Assembly: GCA_942492995.1 (NCBI GenBank)
Contig: OW818653.1
Coordinates: 900,001-932,000, forward strand
Reading direction: 5' to 3'
Origin: an uncultured Erysipelotrichaceae bacterium
GTDB taxonomy: Bacteria; Bacillota_I; Bacilli_A; Erysipelotrichales; Erysipelotrichaceae
Length of the DNA stretch: 32,000 bases
Below are positions 16,661-26,020 of this stretch, one piece after another. The position numbers and the translations under genes were made by a program. Within the stretch, counting starts at the first letter, position 1; every line of letters starts with the position of its first letter. The notes under the pieces are model-generated. The model had not been told where the DNA came from, searched no databases, and saw nothing but the letters and a program-made list of their open reading frames with translations.

Positions 16661-18835
16661 TTATTCGGATCTTCTCTTTGTAAATGCTGGTTTTGGTTTG
16701 CGATCGGCTTGTGGCTTTTCAACATATCCTTCAGGTTTTGGCATTAAGTCTTTACGAGACACATTGACACGACCTTTTTCATCAACTTCTGTAACGATAA
16801 CTTTAACGATTTCACCCATCTTCAAGACATCACTTGGTTTTTCAACACGTTCGTATGAGATCTTAGAGACATGTAATAATCCATCAGTACCTGGGAATAA
16901 TTCAACGAATGCGCCGAATGCTTCAATACGTACAACTTTAGCGTCGTAGATTTCTCCAACTTTCGCACTACGTACTAAACTTTCAATCATCGCTTTCGCT
17001 TTATTGATCGCATTTTGGTCAGTATGATAAATCAAGATACGACCATCATCTTCGATATCAATCTTAACTTGATTACAATCCGCAATGATTTGGTTGATGA
17101 TCTTACCACCTGCTCCAATGACATCACGAATCTTATCAGGTTGAATTTGCATCTTAACAATCTTAGGTGCGTATTGTCCAACTTCAGGACGAACTTCAGA
17201 AATTGCTTCTAACATGTTTTCCATGATTTGAATACGACCGATTTTCGCTTGAGCTAGAGCTTCTTCTAGAATTGCACGGTTTAAGCCAGCAATCTTAATA
17301 TCCATTTGTAGAGCAGTGATACCATCTTTTGTACCAGCTACTTTAAAGTCCATATCGCCGAAATGATCTTCCATCCCTTGGATATCGGTTAATACGGTAT
17401 AGAAATCACCATATGTCACAAGACCCATTGCGATACCAGCTACTGGAGCTTTAATCGGAACGCCTGCTGTCATAAGCGCCATTGTGCCAGCACAGATGGA
17501 TGCTTGTGATGAAGAACCATTGGATTCAAGTGTTTCCGCAACTAAACGAATTGCGTATGGGAATTCATTTTCTGTAGGTAATACTTGTAATAACGCACGT
17601 TCACCTAATGCACCATGACCAATTTCACGACGTCCAGGAGAACCTGTACGACCTGTTTCCCCTACTGAATATGGAGGGAAATTATAATGATGCATGAAAC
17701 GTTTGTATTCTACGTCAGTTAAATCATCGATGATTTGGTTATCACCTAAAGCACCTAATGTACAAACAGAAAGAACTTGGGTTTCACCACGTGTAAATAA
17801 TGCACTACCATGAACTCTTGGTAATAGATCAATTTGACTGTTCAATGGACGTAATTCACTAATACCACGACCATCAGGACGAACCTTATCAACTGAGATT
17901 AAACGACGAACTTCTGTCGCAACGATGTCATGACAGATTTCTTTAACTTGTTTAAGTGTTTTATTTTTTACAGAATCACTTGCATACTCTTGTGCTTCAA
18001 AATGAGCATATGTTTCTGCTTCAATTTCATCAATCTTACCGTAACGTTCTAATTTTTCTTTGATACGTACAGCTTCTACTAAACGTGCTTCAGCGAATGT
18101 TTTAACATTTGCGACCAACGCTTCATCAACTGCATAAAGTACGACTTCCATTTTTTCTTTGCCCGCAGCACGAGCAATTTCTTCTTGGAATTCGCATAGT
18201 TGTTTAATAAATTCATGTCCGAACATCATCGCTTCTAACATGATTTCTTCGCTAACTTCTTTCGCGCCAGCTTCAACCATATTAATCGCATCTTTTGTCC
18301 CAGCAACGATTAAATTAATGTCTGATTTATCTAATTCTGCTTGTGTTGGGTTAACGATAAACTCTTCATTAACACGACCAACCATAACCCCTGCAATAGG
18401 ACCATTGAATGGAACATTTGACACACAAAGTGCAAGTGAAGCCCCAAACATCGCAGCCATATCCGGTGAACGATCGTTGTCTACTGATAATACTGTGTTG
18501 ATGACTTGAACTTCATTTCTGAAGCCATCAGCGAATAATGGACGTAATGTACGGTCAATTAAACGTGATGTTAATGTCGCATGTTCACTAGGTCTGCCTT
18601 CTCTTCTTAAAAAACCTCCGGGAATTTTTCCAACTGAATAAAGTTTTTCCTCAAACGCTACGGTTAGTGGAAAAAAATCGATATCCTTCGCCTGCTTGTT
18701 AGCAGTCGCAACAGAAAGTACTACAGTGTCTTCATAACGAATAACAACTGATCCTCCTGCTTGTTTGGCAATTTCTCCGGTTTCAACTGATAGATTTCTT
18801 CCACAGAAATCTAAATTAAATACTTGTTTTGCCAT
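16661..18835 (-). CDS. pnp: Polyribonucleotide nucleotidyltransferase (PNPase)
   Basis: 724 aa with two RNase PH domains, a KH domain and an S1 domain ([20 protein letters not shown]). Confidence 0.97.
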   Translation of the reverse strand: MAKQVFNLDFCGRNLSVETGEIAKQAGGSVVIRYEDTVVLSVATANKQAKDIDFFPLTVAFEEKLYSVGKIPGGFLRREGRPSEHATLTSRLIDRTLRPLFADGFRNEVQVINTVLSVDNDRSPDMAAMFGASLALCVSNVPFNGPIAGVMVGRVNEEFIVNPTQAELDKSDINLIVAGTKDAINMVEAGAKEVSEEIMLEAMMFGHEFIKQLCEFQEEIARAAGKEKMEVVLYAVDEALVANVKTFAEARLVEAVRIKEKLERYGKIDEIEAETYAHFEAQEYASDSVKNKTLKQVKEICHDIVATEVRRLISVDKVRPDGRGISELRPLNSQIDLLPRVHGSALFTRGETQVLSVCTLGALGDNQIIDDLTDVEYKRFMHHYNFPPYSVGETGRTGSPGRREIGHGALGERALLQVLPTENEFPYAIRLVAETLESNGSSSQASICAGTMALMTAGVPIKAPVAGIAMGLVTYGDFYTVLTDIQGMEDHFGDMDFKVAGTKDGITALQMDIKIAGLNRAILEEALAQAKIGRIQIMENMLEAISEVRPEVGQYAPKIVKMQIQPDKIRDVIGAGGKIINQIIADCNQVKIDIEDDGRILIYHTDQNAINKAKAMIESLVRSAKVGEIYDAKVVRIEAFGAFVELFPGTDGLLHVSKISYERVEKPSDVLKMGEIVKVIVTEVDEKGRVNVSRKDLMPKPEGYVEKPQADRKPKPAFTKRRSE

Positions 18836-18893
18836 TTCTTTACCTCTTTTTTGACGTGATAATCATATCATAGACCAATCATAAACAAAACAT

Positions 18894-18916
18894 AAAAAAA
18901 ACAAGCCGAAGCTTGT
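18894..18916 (-). terminator. rpsO terminator/attenuator hairpin upstream of pnp
   Basis: Minus strand: ACAAGC-TTCG-GCTTGT followed by T7, starting 1 nt after the rpsO stop. Partial read-through into pnp is the classical arrangement. Confidence 0.8.
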
Positions 18917-18917
18917 C

Positions 18918-19184
18918 TTATTTTCTTAATCCTAAACGTTGAACGAGTTCACGGTAACGATTTAGATCTTCAGTACGAAGATATTTCATCAAACTACGAC
19001 GTGTACCAACCATCTTCATTAAACCACGAGTTGAATGGAAATCTTTCTTGTGTTCTTTCAAGTGCACAGTCAAACGATTAATTTGAGCTGTTAATACCGC
19101 AACTTGAACTTCTACAGAACCAGTGTCTCCTTCAAAACGAGCGAAATCTTTAATGATGCTAGTTTTTTCTAATTTTGATAACAT
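18918..19184 (-). CDS. rpsO: 30S ribosomal protein S15
   Basis: 88 aa, ...[51 protein letters not shown]. Confidence 0.97.
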   Translation of the reverse strand: MLSKLEKTSIIKDFARFEGDTGSVEVQVAVLTAQINRLTVHLKEHKKDFHSTRGLMKMVGTRRSLMKYLRTEDLNRYRELVQRLGLRK

Positions 19185-19260
19185 TGTTTCATCCTCCTTT
19201 ATTTCAGACCTTCAATACCGCGTAGATCGATGAGGAAATCGATAAACCCAGTACAAAAGC
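19185..19260 (-). promoter_or_regulatory. rpsO 5' leader, candidate S15 autoregulatory element
   Basis: A leader of about 75 nt contains the hairpin ATCGAT-UUCCUC-AUCGAU (complement of 19226-19243). Its loop can pair with GAGGA of the SD (AAAGGAGGAU). Confidence 0.35.
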
Positions 19261-19266
19261 GTTGTT

Positions 19267-19295
19267 AATATATCATAGATTAGCAAGGATTGCAA
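19267..19295 (-). promoter_or_regulatory. SigA-type promoter of rpsO
   Basis: Minus strand: TTGCAA (19295-19290), 17-nt spacer, TATATT (19272-19267). Confidence 0.6.
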
Positions 19296-19318
19296 ACAAA
19301 AAGGGTTAATTTAACCCT
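19296..19318 (-). terminator. Terminator after the DUF4332-like gene
   Basis: Minus strand: AGGGTT-AAATT-AACCCT followed by TTTTTGTTTG. Confidence 0.65.
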
Positions 19319-19353
19319 CTTATGGTTGGATGGATGTTGAAACCATTTAAAAA

Positions 19354-19758
19354 CTAGTAATTTAAAACTCTTGGTAATTTTCCTGCTTGATCTACCCAAT
19401 CTTCAACTTGTTTTAATGTTGGAACTTTTCGAACTAAATTCTTAGCTTCATTTACTTCTAACATTTTCTTTAGTAGGTTTTCAGGTTTACGATTCGCAAG
19501 TTCTGGAACCGTATCAACACCTGCTGCTTCAAGTAAATCAGCGTATTCACTGCCTACTCCACTAATACGATCTAAATCGGCACGATTAGCCCATTTAAGA
19601 ATAAGTTTATCCGATATTCCTGTTTTTGATGCTAAATCATCTCTACCTTTTTTACTTGCACATGCTTCTAATAATTTCTCAATTGATTTAATCCCAACTT
19701 CATTCAATTTAATTTCGTATGCTTCACCAATTCCCTCAATCAAACTCAATTTAGCCAT
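19354..19758 (-). CDS. DUF4332-like helix-hairpin-helix protein (Cdd1-like)
   Basis: 134 aa. LIEGIGEAYEIKLNEVGI and ISGVGSEYADLLEAAGVDTVPELA are HhH-type repeats. The SD AGGGAGG lies upstream. Confidence 0.6.
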   Translation of the reverse strand: MAKLSLIEGIGEAYEIKLNEVGIKSIEKLLEACASKKGRDDLASKTGISDKLILKWANRADLDRISGVGSEYADLLEAAGVDTVPELANRKPENLLKKMLEVNEAKNLVRKVPTLKQVEDWVDQAGKLPRVLNY

Positions 19759-19802
19759 TGTATAGCCTCCCTTTTTGATATTGGTTCATCCATCCGTTTA
19801 AA

Positions 19803-20372
19803 CTATTTCTTCAAAAATCCACCTAATAGTTTACTTACATCATCCATTACATCGCCATCCCCATCACTATCCAATAATCCAGAAACCATACTCATCACAT
19901 CATTATTTTTTCCTGTTGATCCACCCAGTAATGAACCAAGGCTCGATAAATCAAATCCACCTTGTTTCTTCTGTTTACCAAGTTGACCGAGTAGTAATGG
20001 AGCTAACATTGTTAATATGCCAGAAACTTGTGACATATCCATTCCTGTTTGTTTAGCTAATCCTGATTCAACTGCACCAGCTTTATTATTTAAGAGATGG
20101 TTTAATATTTTTGCACCATCATTCTTATCCACTTTATTTAAGAAACTTCCTACATCATCCACATCATCATCCGCATGTTGATCAAGTGCTTTTGATAATG
20201 ATTTTGCGCCTACTTCTGTCTTACTATTCTTATTCATTGCTTGAAGTAATGTTGGTAAAGCCAAATCAGCTAGTTTTTTAACTTGATCAGGATTCGCATT
20301 AACAGATTTGCTTAATTTATCCACTACCCCTTTTTGATTTAATTGTTGCGTCAATAATTCGAGAAAATCCAT
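19803..20372 (-). CDS. DUF937-like protein
   Basis: The Gly/Leu-rich LAPLLLGQLGK..GSLLGG..LLGGFLKK pattern and a DSDGDGD acidic loop are typical of DUF937, from my recollection of the family. The start is set at the ATG at 20372 (AAGGTG 6 nt upstream). The ORF-track GTG at 20381 is part of that SD. Confidence 0.55.
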   Translation of the reverse strand: MDFLELLTQQLNQKGVVDKLSKSVNANPDQVKKLADLALPTLLQAMNKNSKTEVGAKSLSKALDQHADDDVDDVGSFLNKVDKNDGAKILNHLLNNKAGAVESGLAKQTGMDMSQVSGILTMLAPLLLGQLGKQKKQGGFDLSSLGSLLGGSTGKNNDVMSMVSGLLDSDGDGDVMDDVSKLLGGFLKK

Positions 20373-20562
20373 TTTTTTCACCTTGAGTTAAACAAAAAAC
20401 CACTTTATAAGTGTCTCTTGGTTCACTATTATCCCTGACATGGGTCCTTATTGAAATCTTAACATAAACATAATAATAATTACTATTATCATGCGTTTTT
20501 ATTTGTTCAATTTATTTAGTATAAATGTTAGAGTAAAAGTATACATTTCGGGGGAACTGATT

Positions 20563-20994
20563 ATGAATAAACTAATTTTTGCGCGAGTATTAAATGATAA
20601 GGATAAACTTGAAGAAGTTCGGATTGATGGTAAGAAACATAAATTTATTTTTATAAAAGGTGAATCGTTTGATTTAAATAAACTTGAATCAATTGATTTG
20701 ATTGGTATGTATGTTAAAGATAATTCAAGAGTTGTATTCTTTATCACATCAATCCTCTTTGTATTTATAACCGCATTCTTTACCATTGATTTTTATTCGT
20801 TAGTATCTGCGATTATTACATCGCTTGTATTGGGCACATTATTTGCCTATACATCTAAACTATTTAAAATTGAAACTAAGATGTATCGTATTTATCTAAA
20901 TAAAATTCCTTATAATCTATTAATCAATGATTTGGATGTATATAACTTAAGAAATTATCTCGATAAAAGTAAAGCTATTCAATCAAATGAATAG
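20563..20994 (+). CDS. Orphan small membrane protein (2 predicted TM segments) of unknown function
   Basis: The start is set at the ATG at 20563 (GGGGGAA upstream). The 24 upstream codons in the ORF track lie in AT-rich promoter-like DNA. A 143-codon open frame in very AT-rich DNA is unlikely by chance. TM segments are VVFFITSILFVFITAFFTI and LVSAIITSLVLGTLFAY. Confidence 0.5.
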   Translation: MNKLIFARVLNDKDKLEEVRIDGKKHKFIFIKGESFDLNKLESIDLIGMYVKDNSRVVFFITSILFVFITAFFTIDFYSLVSAIITSLVLGTLFAYTSKLFKIETKMYRIYLNKIPYNLLINDLDVYNLRNYLDKSKAIQSNE

Positions 20995-20998
20995 CTTT

Positions 20999-22096
20999 TT
21001 AATTCATAAATTCAACCAATACTTCATGTAATAAGCCATAACCATCATCTGTACATCTTAGTGTATTATTCGTTATCTCTAACCACTTATGATCTAAACC
21101 TTTTTGGATGGCCAATTTAAATACGTCAGTTAATTCCAAATTATAACGTTCCTTAAAACGTGATAGTTTAATTCCATCTCTTACTCTTAATCCCATCATA
21201 ACGAACTCAAACATTTCATCCTCAAGACTTAAGTCGATGATTTGACCATGAAACTTAAATTGGCTGTAATAGAGTAAGTTTTTTGTGTTCTCAATACGTT
21301 TATGTTGATACAGAGAAACAGCGCCAGGTCCTAAACCAATATAATCATCATAACTCCAATAATGTAAGTTATGCATAGATGGCTTAGTACGTGTAAAGTT
21401 ACTTATTTCATAACGATTAAATCCATGTTGAGCTAAGAATTCGATTGCGGTGAAATACATTTGTTCTTCTATTTCAGATTCAATCGGTTTGATTTTCAAT
21501 CGGCCAAATTCCGCATTCTCTTCAATCGTAAGTGCGTATAGTGAAATATGATCAATATCTAAGGTTAATGCTTGATTGAGATTGTATTCCCATTTATCAA
21601 GTGTTTGGTTTGGTAATGCATAAATCAAATCGATTGAAATATTGTTTATCCCTGCATTCCTTAAGATAGTGATTCCATCACGTATCATCTGAATAGTATG
21701 GGCTCTATGCATAAATACGAGTTCATCCTGATTAAAGCTTTGAACTCCAAAACTAACGCGATTAACACCGTAACTAACCATTAACTCAACTTTTTCGATG
21801 CTTAAACTTTCTGGATTAACTTCGATTGTATATTCTTTAACCTTATTAGAATGATCTTTAAGGATCTCAAACAATGTCGTAAGTTGATCGATATTCAATG
21901 CGGATGGTGTACCGCCCCCTAAATAGATCGTTTCATACTGAATATCTGGATAAAGTTTTATTTCTTGTGCTAAAGCGTAGAGATAATCTTCAATCAATTT
22001 AGGGTGTGTTTTGACGCGTGTGAAATCACAGTATGCACATATTACATCGCAAAAAGGCACATGAACATACAGTGCCTTAGGGTTATTTGTCTTCAT
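20999..22096 (-). CDS. hemW: Radical SAM heme chaperone HemW (HemN-like, oxygen-independent coproporphyrinogen oxidase family)
   Basis: CDVICAYCDF (CxxxCxxC) and GGGTPS motifs, 365 aa, downstream of lepA as in Bacillus. Confidence 0.9.
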   Translation of the reverse strand: MKTNNPKALYVHVPFCDVICAYCDFTRVKTHPKLIEDYLYALAQEIKLYPDIQYETIYLGGGTPSALNIDQLTTLFEILKDHSNKVKEYTIEVNPESLSIEKVELMVSYGVNRVSFGVQSFNQDELVFMHRAHTIQMIRDGITILRNAGINNISIDLIYALPNQTLDKWEYNLNQALTLDIDHISLYALTIEENAEFGRLKIKPIESEIEEQMYFTAIEFLAQHGFNRYEISNFTRTKPSMHNLHYWSYDDYIGLGPGAVSLYQHKRIENTKNLLYYSQFKFHGQIIDLSLEDEMFEFVMMGLRVRDGIKLSRFKERYNLELTDVFKLAIQKGLDHKWLEITNNTLRCTDDGYGLLHEVLVEFMN

Positions 22097-22358
22097 ATTT
22101 TTTGTCCACTTCTAAAAGTTTGTTTACGATTAGTGATTTAACATCGATGTTTAAGTCCATGGCTAGGGTTAAACTTACCATCAACACATCCGATAATTCA
22201 CCTTTAACTTTATCAAGATCATACTCTTCATCTAGGAAACACTCTAAAAGTTCAGCGGCCTCAACACTAATTGATTTCGCTAATACATTCGGTGTATCTG
22301 TTTTATCCCAACCTTTTTTTACTCTAAAGGCTTGGATGATGTCAAATACATCTTCCAT
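22083..22358 (-). CDS. Small MazG-like nucleotide pyrophosphohydrolase domain protein
   Basis: 91 aa. ...LAKSISVEAAELLECFLDEE...ELSDVLMVSLTLAMDLNIDV is the all-alpha NTP-PPase EExxE/D pattern. TAATG overlap with lepA and a 14-nt overlap with hemW. Confidence 0.6.
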   Translation of the reverse strand: MEDVFDIIQAFRVKKGWDKTDTPNVLAKSISVEAAELLECFLDEEYDLDKVKGELSDVLMVSLTLAMDLNIDVKSLIVNKLLEVDKKYEDK

Positions 22359-24157
22359 TATTCATCCATTGAAAGAACAGCCATGAATGCTTCTTGAGGA
22401 ACTTCTACAGAACCTACTTGTTTCATGCGTTTCTTCCCTTCTTTTTGTTTCTCTAGTAATTTTTTCTTACGTGAAATATCCCCACCATAACACTTCGCTA
22501 ATACGTTTTTACGGAGTGCTTTGATCTCACTTCGCGCAATAATCTTATGGTTGATAGCGGCTTGAATAGGAATTTCGAATTGTTGGCGTGGAATCAATGT
22601 TCTTAACTTTTCAGTAATAATCTTACCTCTTTGATACGCAAATTCACGATGTACAATTAAAGACAATGCGTCAACTTGTTCAGTATTGATAAGTATATCC
22701 ATACGTACAAGATTACTTGGTTGATAACCAATAAATTCATAATCAAATGATGCATAACCTTTTGTGGCTGATTTTAATTTATCAAAGAAATCATATACGA
22801 TTTCACCGAGTGGAAGTTCATACACTAAATTGTTTCGAATTGCGTCAATGTAGATTAAATCTTTATATATTCCACGTTTCTTTTGTGCTATTTCCATAAC
22901 TGCCCCAATGTATTCTTTTGGGACCATAATGGTTGCCTTAACATATGGTTCTTCCATGTGTTCAATTCGTTGAACATCCGGTAGTAAAGCAGGATTATCA
23001 ATCGTAACCATTGTGCCATCGGTTAAATATACATGGTAAACAACGGAAGGTGCTGTCGCAATAAGCGTTAAATTGTATTCACGTTCTAAACGTTCTTGTA
23101 CGACATCCATATGTAATAAGCCTAAGAATCCACATCTAAACCCAAAGCCTAATGCTTGGGATGTTTCTGCTTCATATTTTAATGACGCATCATTGAGTTG
23201 TAGTTTTTCAAGTGCTTCTCTTAGATCATTGTATCGATTCGCATCAACAGGATATAATCCACAGAATACCATTGAATTTAAGATACGATAACCTGGTAAC
23301 GGTGTTACAGCTGGATTAGTTGATAATGTGATGGTATCCCCAACATGGACATCCTTAACGGATTTAATGCTTGCGGCAATCCATCCTACTTCGCCACAAC
23401 TTAAGAAATCTTTCTTAACTTCTTTCGGTGTACGTACTCCAAGTTCAGTCACAAGATAAGTAGCTCCGGTTGCCATAAAGTGAATACTATCGCCAACTTT
23501 TACACTGCCTTCTTTGATTCTGACATAACAAATAACACCACGGTAGGTATCATAAATTGAATCAAATACGAGCGCTTTAAGTGGTCCATTAATATCTCCA
23601 TTTGGAGCAGGTACATATTTAACGATTTGTTCTAAGACATCGATTACGTTTAAACCACTCTTAGCACTGATTAATGGTGCTTCAGAAGCGTCGAGTCCGA
23701 TGATATTTTCAATCTCATGACGTACAACTTCAGGTTGTGCAGCAGGTAAATCAACTTTATTGATTACAGGTAAAATCTCCAAATTATTATCTAGAGCTAA
23801 ATAGACATTCGCAAGTGTTTGCGCTTCAATTCCTTGCGCCGCATCCACAACTAAAACTGCACCTTCACAGGCTGCGAGTGAACGGGAAACTTCATAGGTG
23901 AAGTCGACATGTCCAGGTGTATCGATTAAATGAAACGTATATGTTTCACCATCTTTTGCCTTATACAAAAGTTGTACCGCATTGAGTTTAATGGTAATCC
24001 CACGCTCGCGTTCCAAATCTAATGTATCTAATATTTGTGCCATCATATCGCGCTCGTGGACTGTGTCAGTCATCTCCAAGATACGATCGGCCAAGGTTGA
24101 TTTACCGTGGTCGATATGGGCAATGATGGAAAAATTTCTTATGCGTGATTGATCCAT
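22358..24157 (-). CDS. lepA: Elongation factor 4 (LepA)
   Basis: 599 aa with [25 protein letters not shown] and the LepA C-terminal domain. Confidence 0.97.
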   Translation of the reverse strand: MDQSRIRNFSIIAHIDHGKSTLADRILEMTDTVHERDMMAQILDTLDLERERGITIKLNAVQLLYKAKDGETYTFHLIDTPGHVDFTYEVSRSLAACEGAVLVVDAAQGIEAQTLANVYLALDNNLEILPVINKVDLPAAQPEVVRHEIENIIGLDASEAPLISAKSGLNVIDVLEQIVKYVPAPNGDINGPLKALVFDSIYDTYRGVICYVRIKEGSVKVGDSIHFMATGATYLVTELGVRTPKEVKKDFLSCGEVGWIAASIKSVKDVHVGDTITLSTNPAVTPLPGYRILNSMVFCGLYPVDANRYNDLREALEKLQLNDASLKYEAETSQALGFGFRCGFLGLLHMDVVQERLEREYNLTLIATAPSVVYHVYLTDGTMVTIDNPALLPDVQRIEHMEEPYVKATIMVPKEYIGAVMEIAQKKRGIYKDLIYIDAIRNNLVYELPLGEIVYDFFDKLKSATKGYASFDYEFIGYQPSNLVRMDILINTEQVDALSLIVHREFAYQRGKIITEKLRTLIPRQQFEIPIQAAINHKIIARSEIKALRKNVLAKCYGGDISRKKKLLEKQKEGKKRMKQVGSVEVPQEAFMAVLSMDE

Positions 24158-24170
24158 GAAAATCCCTTTC

Positions 24171-24650
24171 TTATACTGAATATATTTTTTTAAGTCGAAT
24201 TAAGATTGGTTGAAGTGCAAAGGCTAACCCTCCACAAACAACACCTTGAAAAATATTATACGAGAATGACGCAATAAATATGGTCAATTCACCGGTTAAT
24301 AATACATCTGTTAAACCATAACCAACAGCCATCCAAATACCTGCTAATAAATAAACAAATAGATTAGCTTTGCCTGTACGTAGCGCAAAGTATGCGATTA
24401 TCGCAGCTTCTAAGCCTTTAATAATAAGTGTGAATACTGCATATTGACCATACCCTAAGAGTATGTCCGCTAAAGCAGCGCCTACACCTCCAAGAAGTGC
24501 ATAAGGCAAGCCTAATACAAAGCCCATTCCCATAACAAGGACATCCCCAAAGTTTAAATAACCTTGGAAAATATTAATCGATGAACCCATGGTAAGTAGT
24601 GTTACACCTGCGATAAATACTGAAATAAGCGCAATTTGTTTAACTTTCAT
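24171..24650 (-). CDS. ECF-transporter-type substrate-capture (S) component, substrate unknown
   Basis: About 160 aa, 5-6 TM segments. The pattern [51 protein letters not shown] resembles ECF S-components. This is from memory with no HMM run. The ATG at 24650 is preferred over the TTG at 24659. It overlaps the fmt 3' end. Confidence 0.5.
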   Translation of the reverse strand: MKVKQIALISVFIAGVTLLTMGSSINIFQGYLNFGDVLVMGMGFVLGLPYALLGGVGAALADILLGYGQYAVFTLIIKGLEAAIIAYFALRTGKANLFVYLLAGIWMAVGYGLTDVLLTGELTIFIASFSYNIFQGVVCGGLAFALQPILIRLKKIYSV

Positions 24651-25584
24651 ATGTATCAAATTTTAGATTGACCCACTGTTTACCCAACCCTTGATAAAAG
24701 GCTTGAGCTGTCATTCTATTTTTCCCTTCTACTTGTAGTTCTTTAATTAATACTACACCATCTTTGACTTGAACAGCTAATCCATCATCAAATAATCCTA
24801 ATATCGTACCTATTTCCTTATGATCAGAAATATTAGATTTAATTACTTTGAAAAGTTTAACTTTCTTTTTATCAATAATTGAATGTGCAACAGGCCATGG
24901 ATTTAATCCTCTAACCTTATTTACGACATTTGTCATTGTATCATTGAAATTCACAAACTCTTCTTCTGATGAAATGTTATAAGAGAATGTAACATCTGCT
25001 TCATCTTGAGGATATGACTTTAATTCTAGATTAAATAAGTCTGGTAAATATTCTTTTATCATCGATGAGCCTAAATCTTGAAGGCGATCATGAAGTTTAC
25101 CAAAATCATCATCTTCATAAATAGGACATGACTTTTGGAATAGGATATCTCCAGCATCCATTTTCTTAATCATGCGCATAATTGTGATCCCTGATTCTGT
25201 TTCACCTTGAATAATCGCTTTATGAATGGGTGCTCCCCCACGATACTTAGGTAATAACGATGCATGGATGTTTACCGATCCATACTTAGGTGTATTTAAG
25301 ATACTTTCAGGGATAAATTGGCCATACGCACATGTCACAATTAAATCGAGGTTTAATTGTTTAAGTTCTTCGGCTATTTCTTTAATTTTATCGGGTTGTA
25401 ATACAGTTATGTTGTATTCTAATGCCTTTTCTTTTACGGGAGTTGCTTGTATAATCTGTTTACGTCCAACCTTTTTATCTGGTTGACTTACTACCGCAAC
25501 AACTTCGACATCACTTTGTACAAGAGCGTCCAAGATGGCTACTGCAAAATGGGGTGTTCCCATGAAACAAACACGTTTTTTCAT
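24640..25584 (-). CDS. fmt: Methionyl-tRNA formyltransferase
   Basis: VCFMGTPHFAV and HASLLPKYRGGAPI motifs. The start is set at the ATG at 25584 (MKKRVCFMG), 6 nt after AGGAGG. The ORF-track start at 25605 contains the SD. Confidence 0.93.
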   Translation of the reverse strand: MKKRVCFMGTPHFAVAILDALVQSDVEVVAVVSQPDKKVGRKQIIQATPVKEKALEYNITVLQPDKIKEIAEELKQLNLDLIVTCAYGQFIPESILNTPKYGSVNIHASLLPKYRGGAPIHKAIIQGETESGITIMRMIKKMDAGDILFQKSCPIYEDDDFGKLHDRLQDLGSSMIKEYLPDLFNLELKSYPQDEADVTFSYNISSEEEFVNFNDTMTNVVNKVRGLNPWPVAHSIIDKKKVKLFKVIKSNISDHKEIGTILGLFDDGLAVQVKDGVVLIKELQVEGKNRMTAQAFYQGLGKQWVNLKFDTYES

Positions 25585-25605
25585 CTTTTTCCTCCTTGCT
25601 TGCAT

Positions 25606-25614
25606 ATTATAGCA
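25606..25614 (-). promoter_or_regulatory. Extended -10 promoter element for fmt
   Basis: Minus strand: TGCTATAAT (TGnTATAAT), about 20 nt upstream of the fmt SD. The -35 region is poor. Confidence 0.45.
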
Positions 25615-25642
25615 TAGATTTTTATTAATTCACTCACCAGTC

Positions 25643-25671
25643 TTGCAAAGGCTCAGGTTCTTTGTTATAAT
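25643..25671 (+). promoter_or_regulatory. SigA-type promoter of rpsT
   Basis: TTGCAA (25643-25648), 17-nt spacer, TATAAT (25666-25671). Confidence 0.7.
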
Positions 25672-25700
25672 GCATAAGGTCATTAAAAGGAGGTGCACGC

Positions 25701-25961
25701 ATGCCACAAATTAAATCGCAAAAGAAACGCGCATTAACAAATCTTAAACGTAGCACCGCAGTTACATCTGAAAAATCCGCATTAAAAACCGCCATCAAAA
25801 ATGTCTTAAAAGCCGTTACAGCTAAAGACGCAGATGCAGCTAAAGCCGCATATGATTTGGCTAATTCTCGTTTGGATAAATCAGTTACTAGCGGTATTCA
25901 TCATAAAAACTACGCAGCTCGTCAAAAAGCAAGATTGTCTAAAGCATTATCAACGATTTAA
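25701..25961 (+). CDS. rpsT: 30S ribosomal protein S20
   Basis: 86 aa, MPQIKSQKKRALTNLKR..., SD AAAGGAGGT. Confidence 0.97.
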   Translation: MPQIKSQKKRALTNLKRSTAVTSEKSALKTAIKNVLKAVTAKDADAAKAAYDLANSRLDKSVTSGIHHKNYAARQKARLSKALSTI

Positions 25962-25964
25962 ATT

Positions 25965-25989
25965 AACAATCCAATTGGATTGTTTTTTT
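25965..25989 (+). terminator. Rho-independent terminator of rpsT
   Basis: AACAATCC-AATT-GGATTGTT followed by TTTTT. Confidence 0.8.
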
Positions 25990-25994
25990 ATACT

Positions 25995-26020
25995 AAAAAC
26001 CATCTATTTCTAGATGGTTT
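25995..26020 (-). terminator. Terminator of the holA-sdaA transcript
   Basis: Minus strand: AAACCATCTA-GAAA-TAGATGGTTT followed by TTAGTAT. It overlaps the sdaA stop codon. The U-tract is short. Confidence 0.6.

Noticed and set aside
19325-19800. A 9-bp inverted repeat (GGATGGATG / CATCCATCC) flanking the DUF4332 gene, which could suggest a small mobile cassette.
   Set aside because: It is only 9 bp in a 32-kb AT-rich window, and a similar GGATGGATGGATG occurs at 12968-12980. There are no target-site duplications and no recombinase. This is consistent with chance.
20392-20423. A hairpin plus T6 run (minus strand CACTT-ATA-AAGTG-GTTTTTT) just upstream of the DUF937 SD, a possible attenuator or distal terminator for hemW read-through.
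   Set aside because: The stem is 5 bp and AT-rich with a 3-nt loop, and the alternative AACCA/TGGTT pairing is no better. That is too weak to call without folding energies or transcript data.
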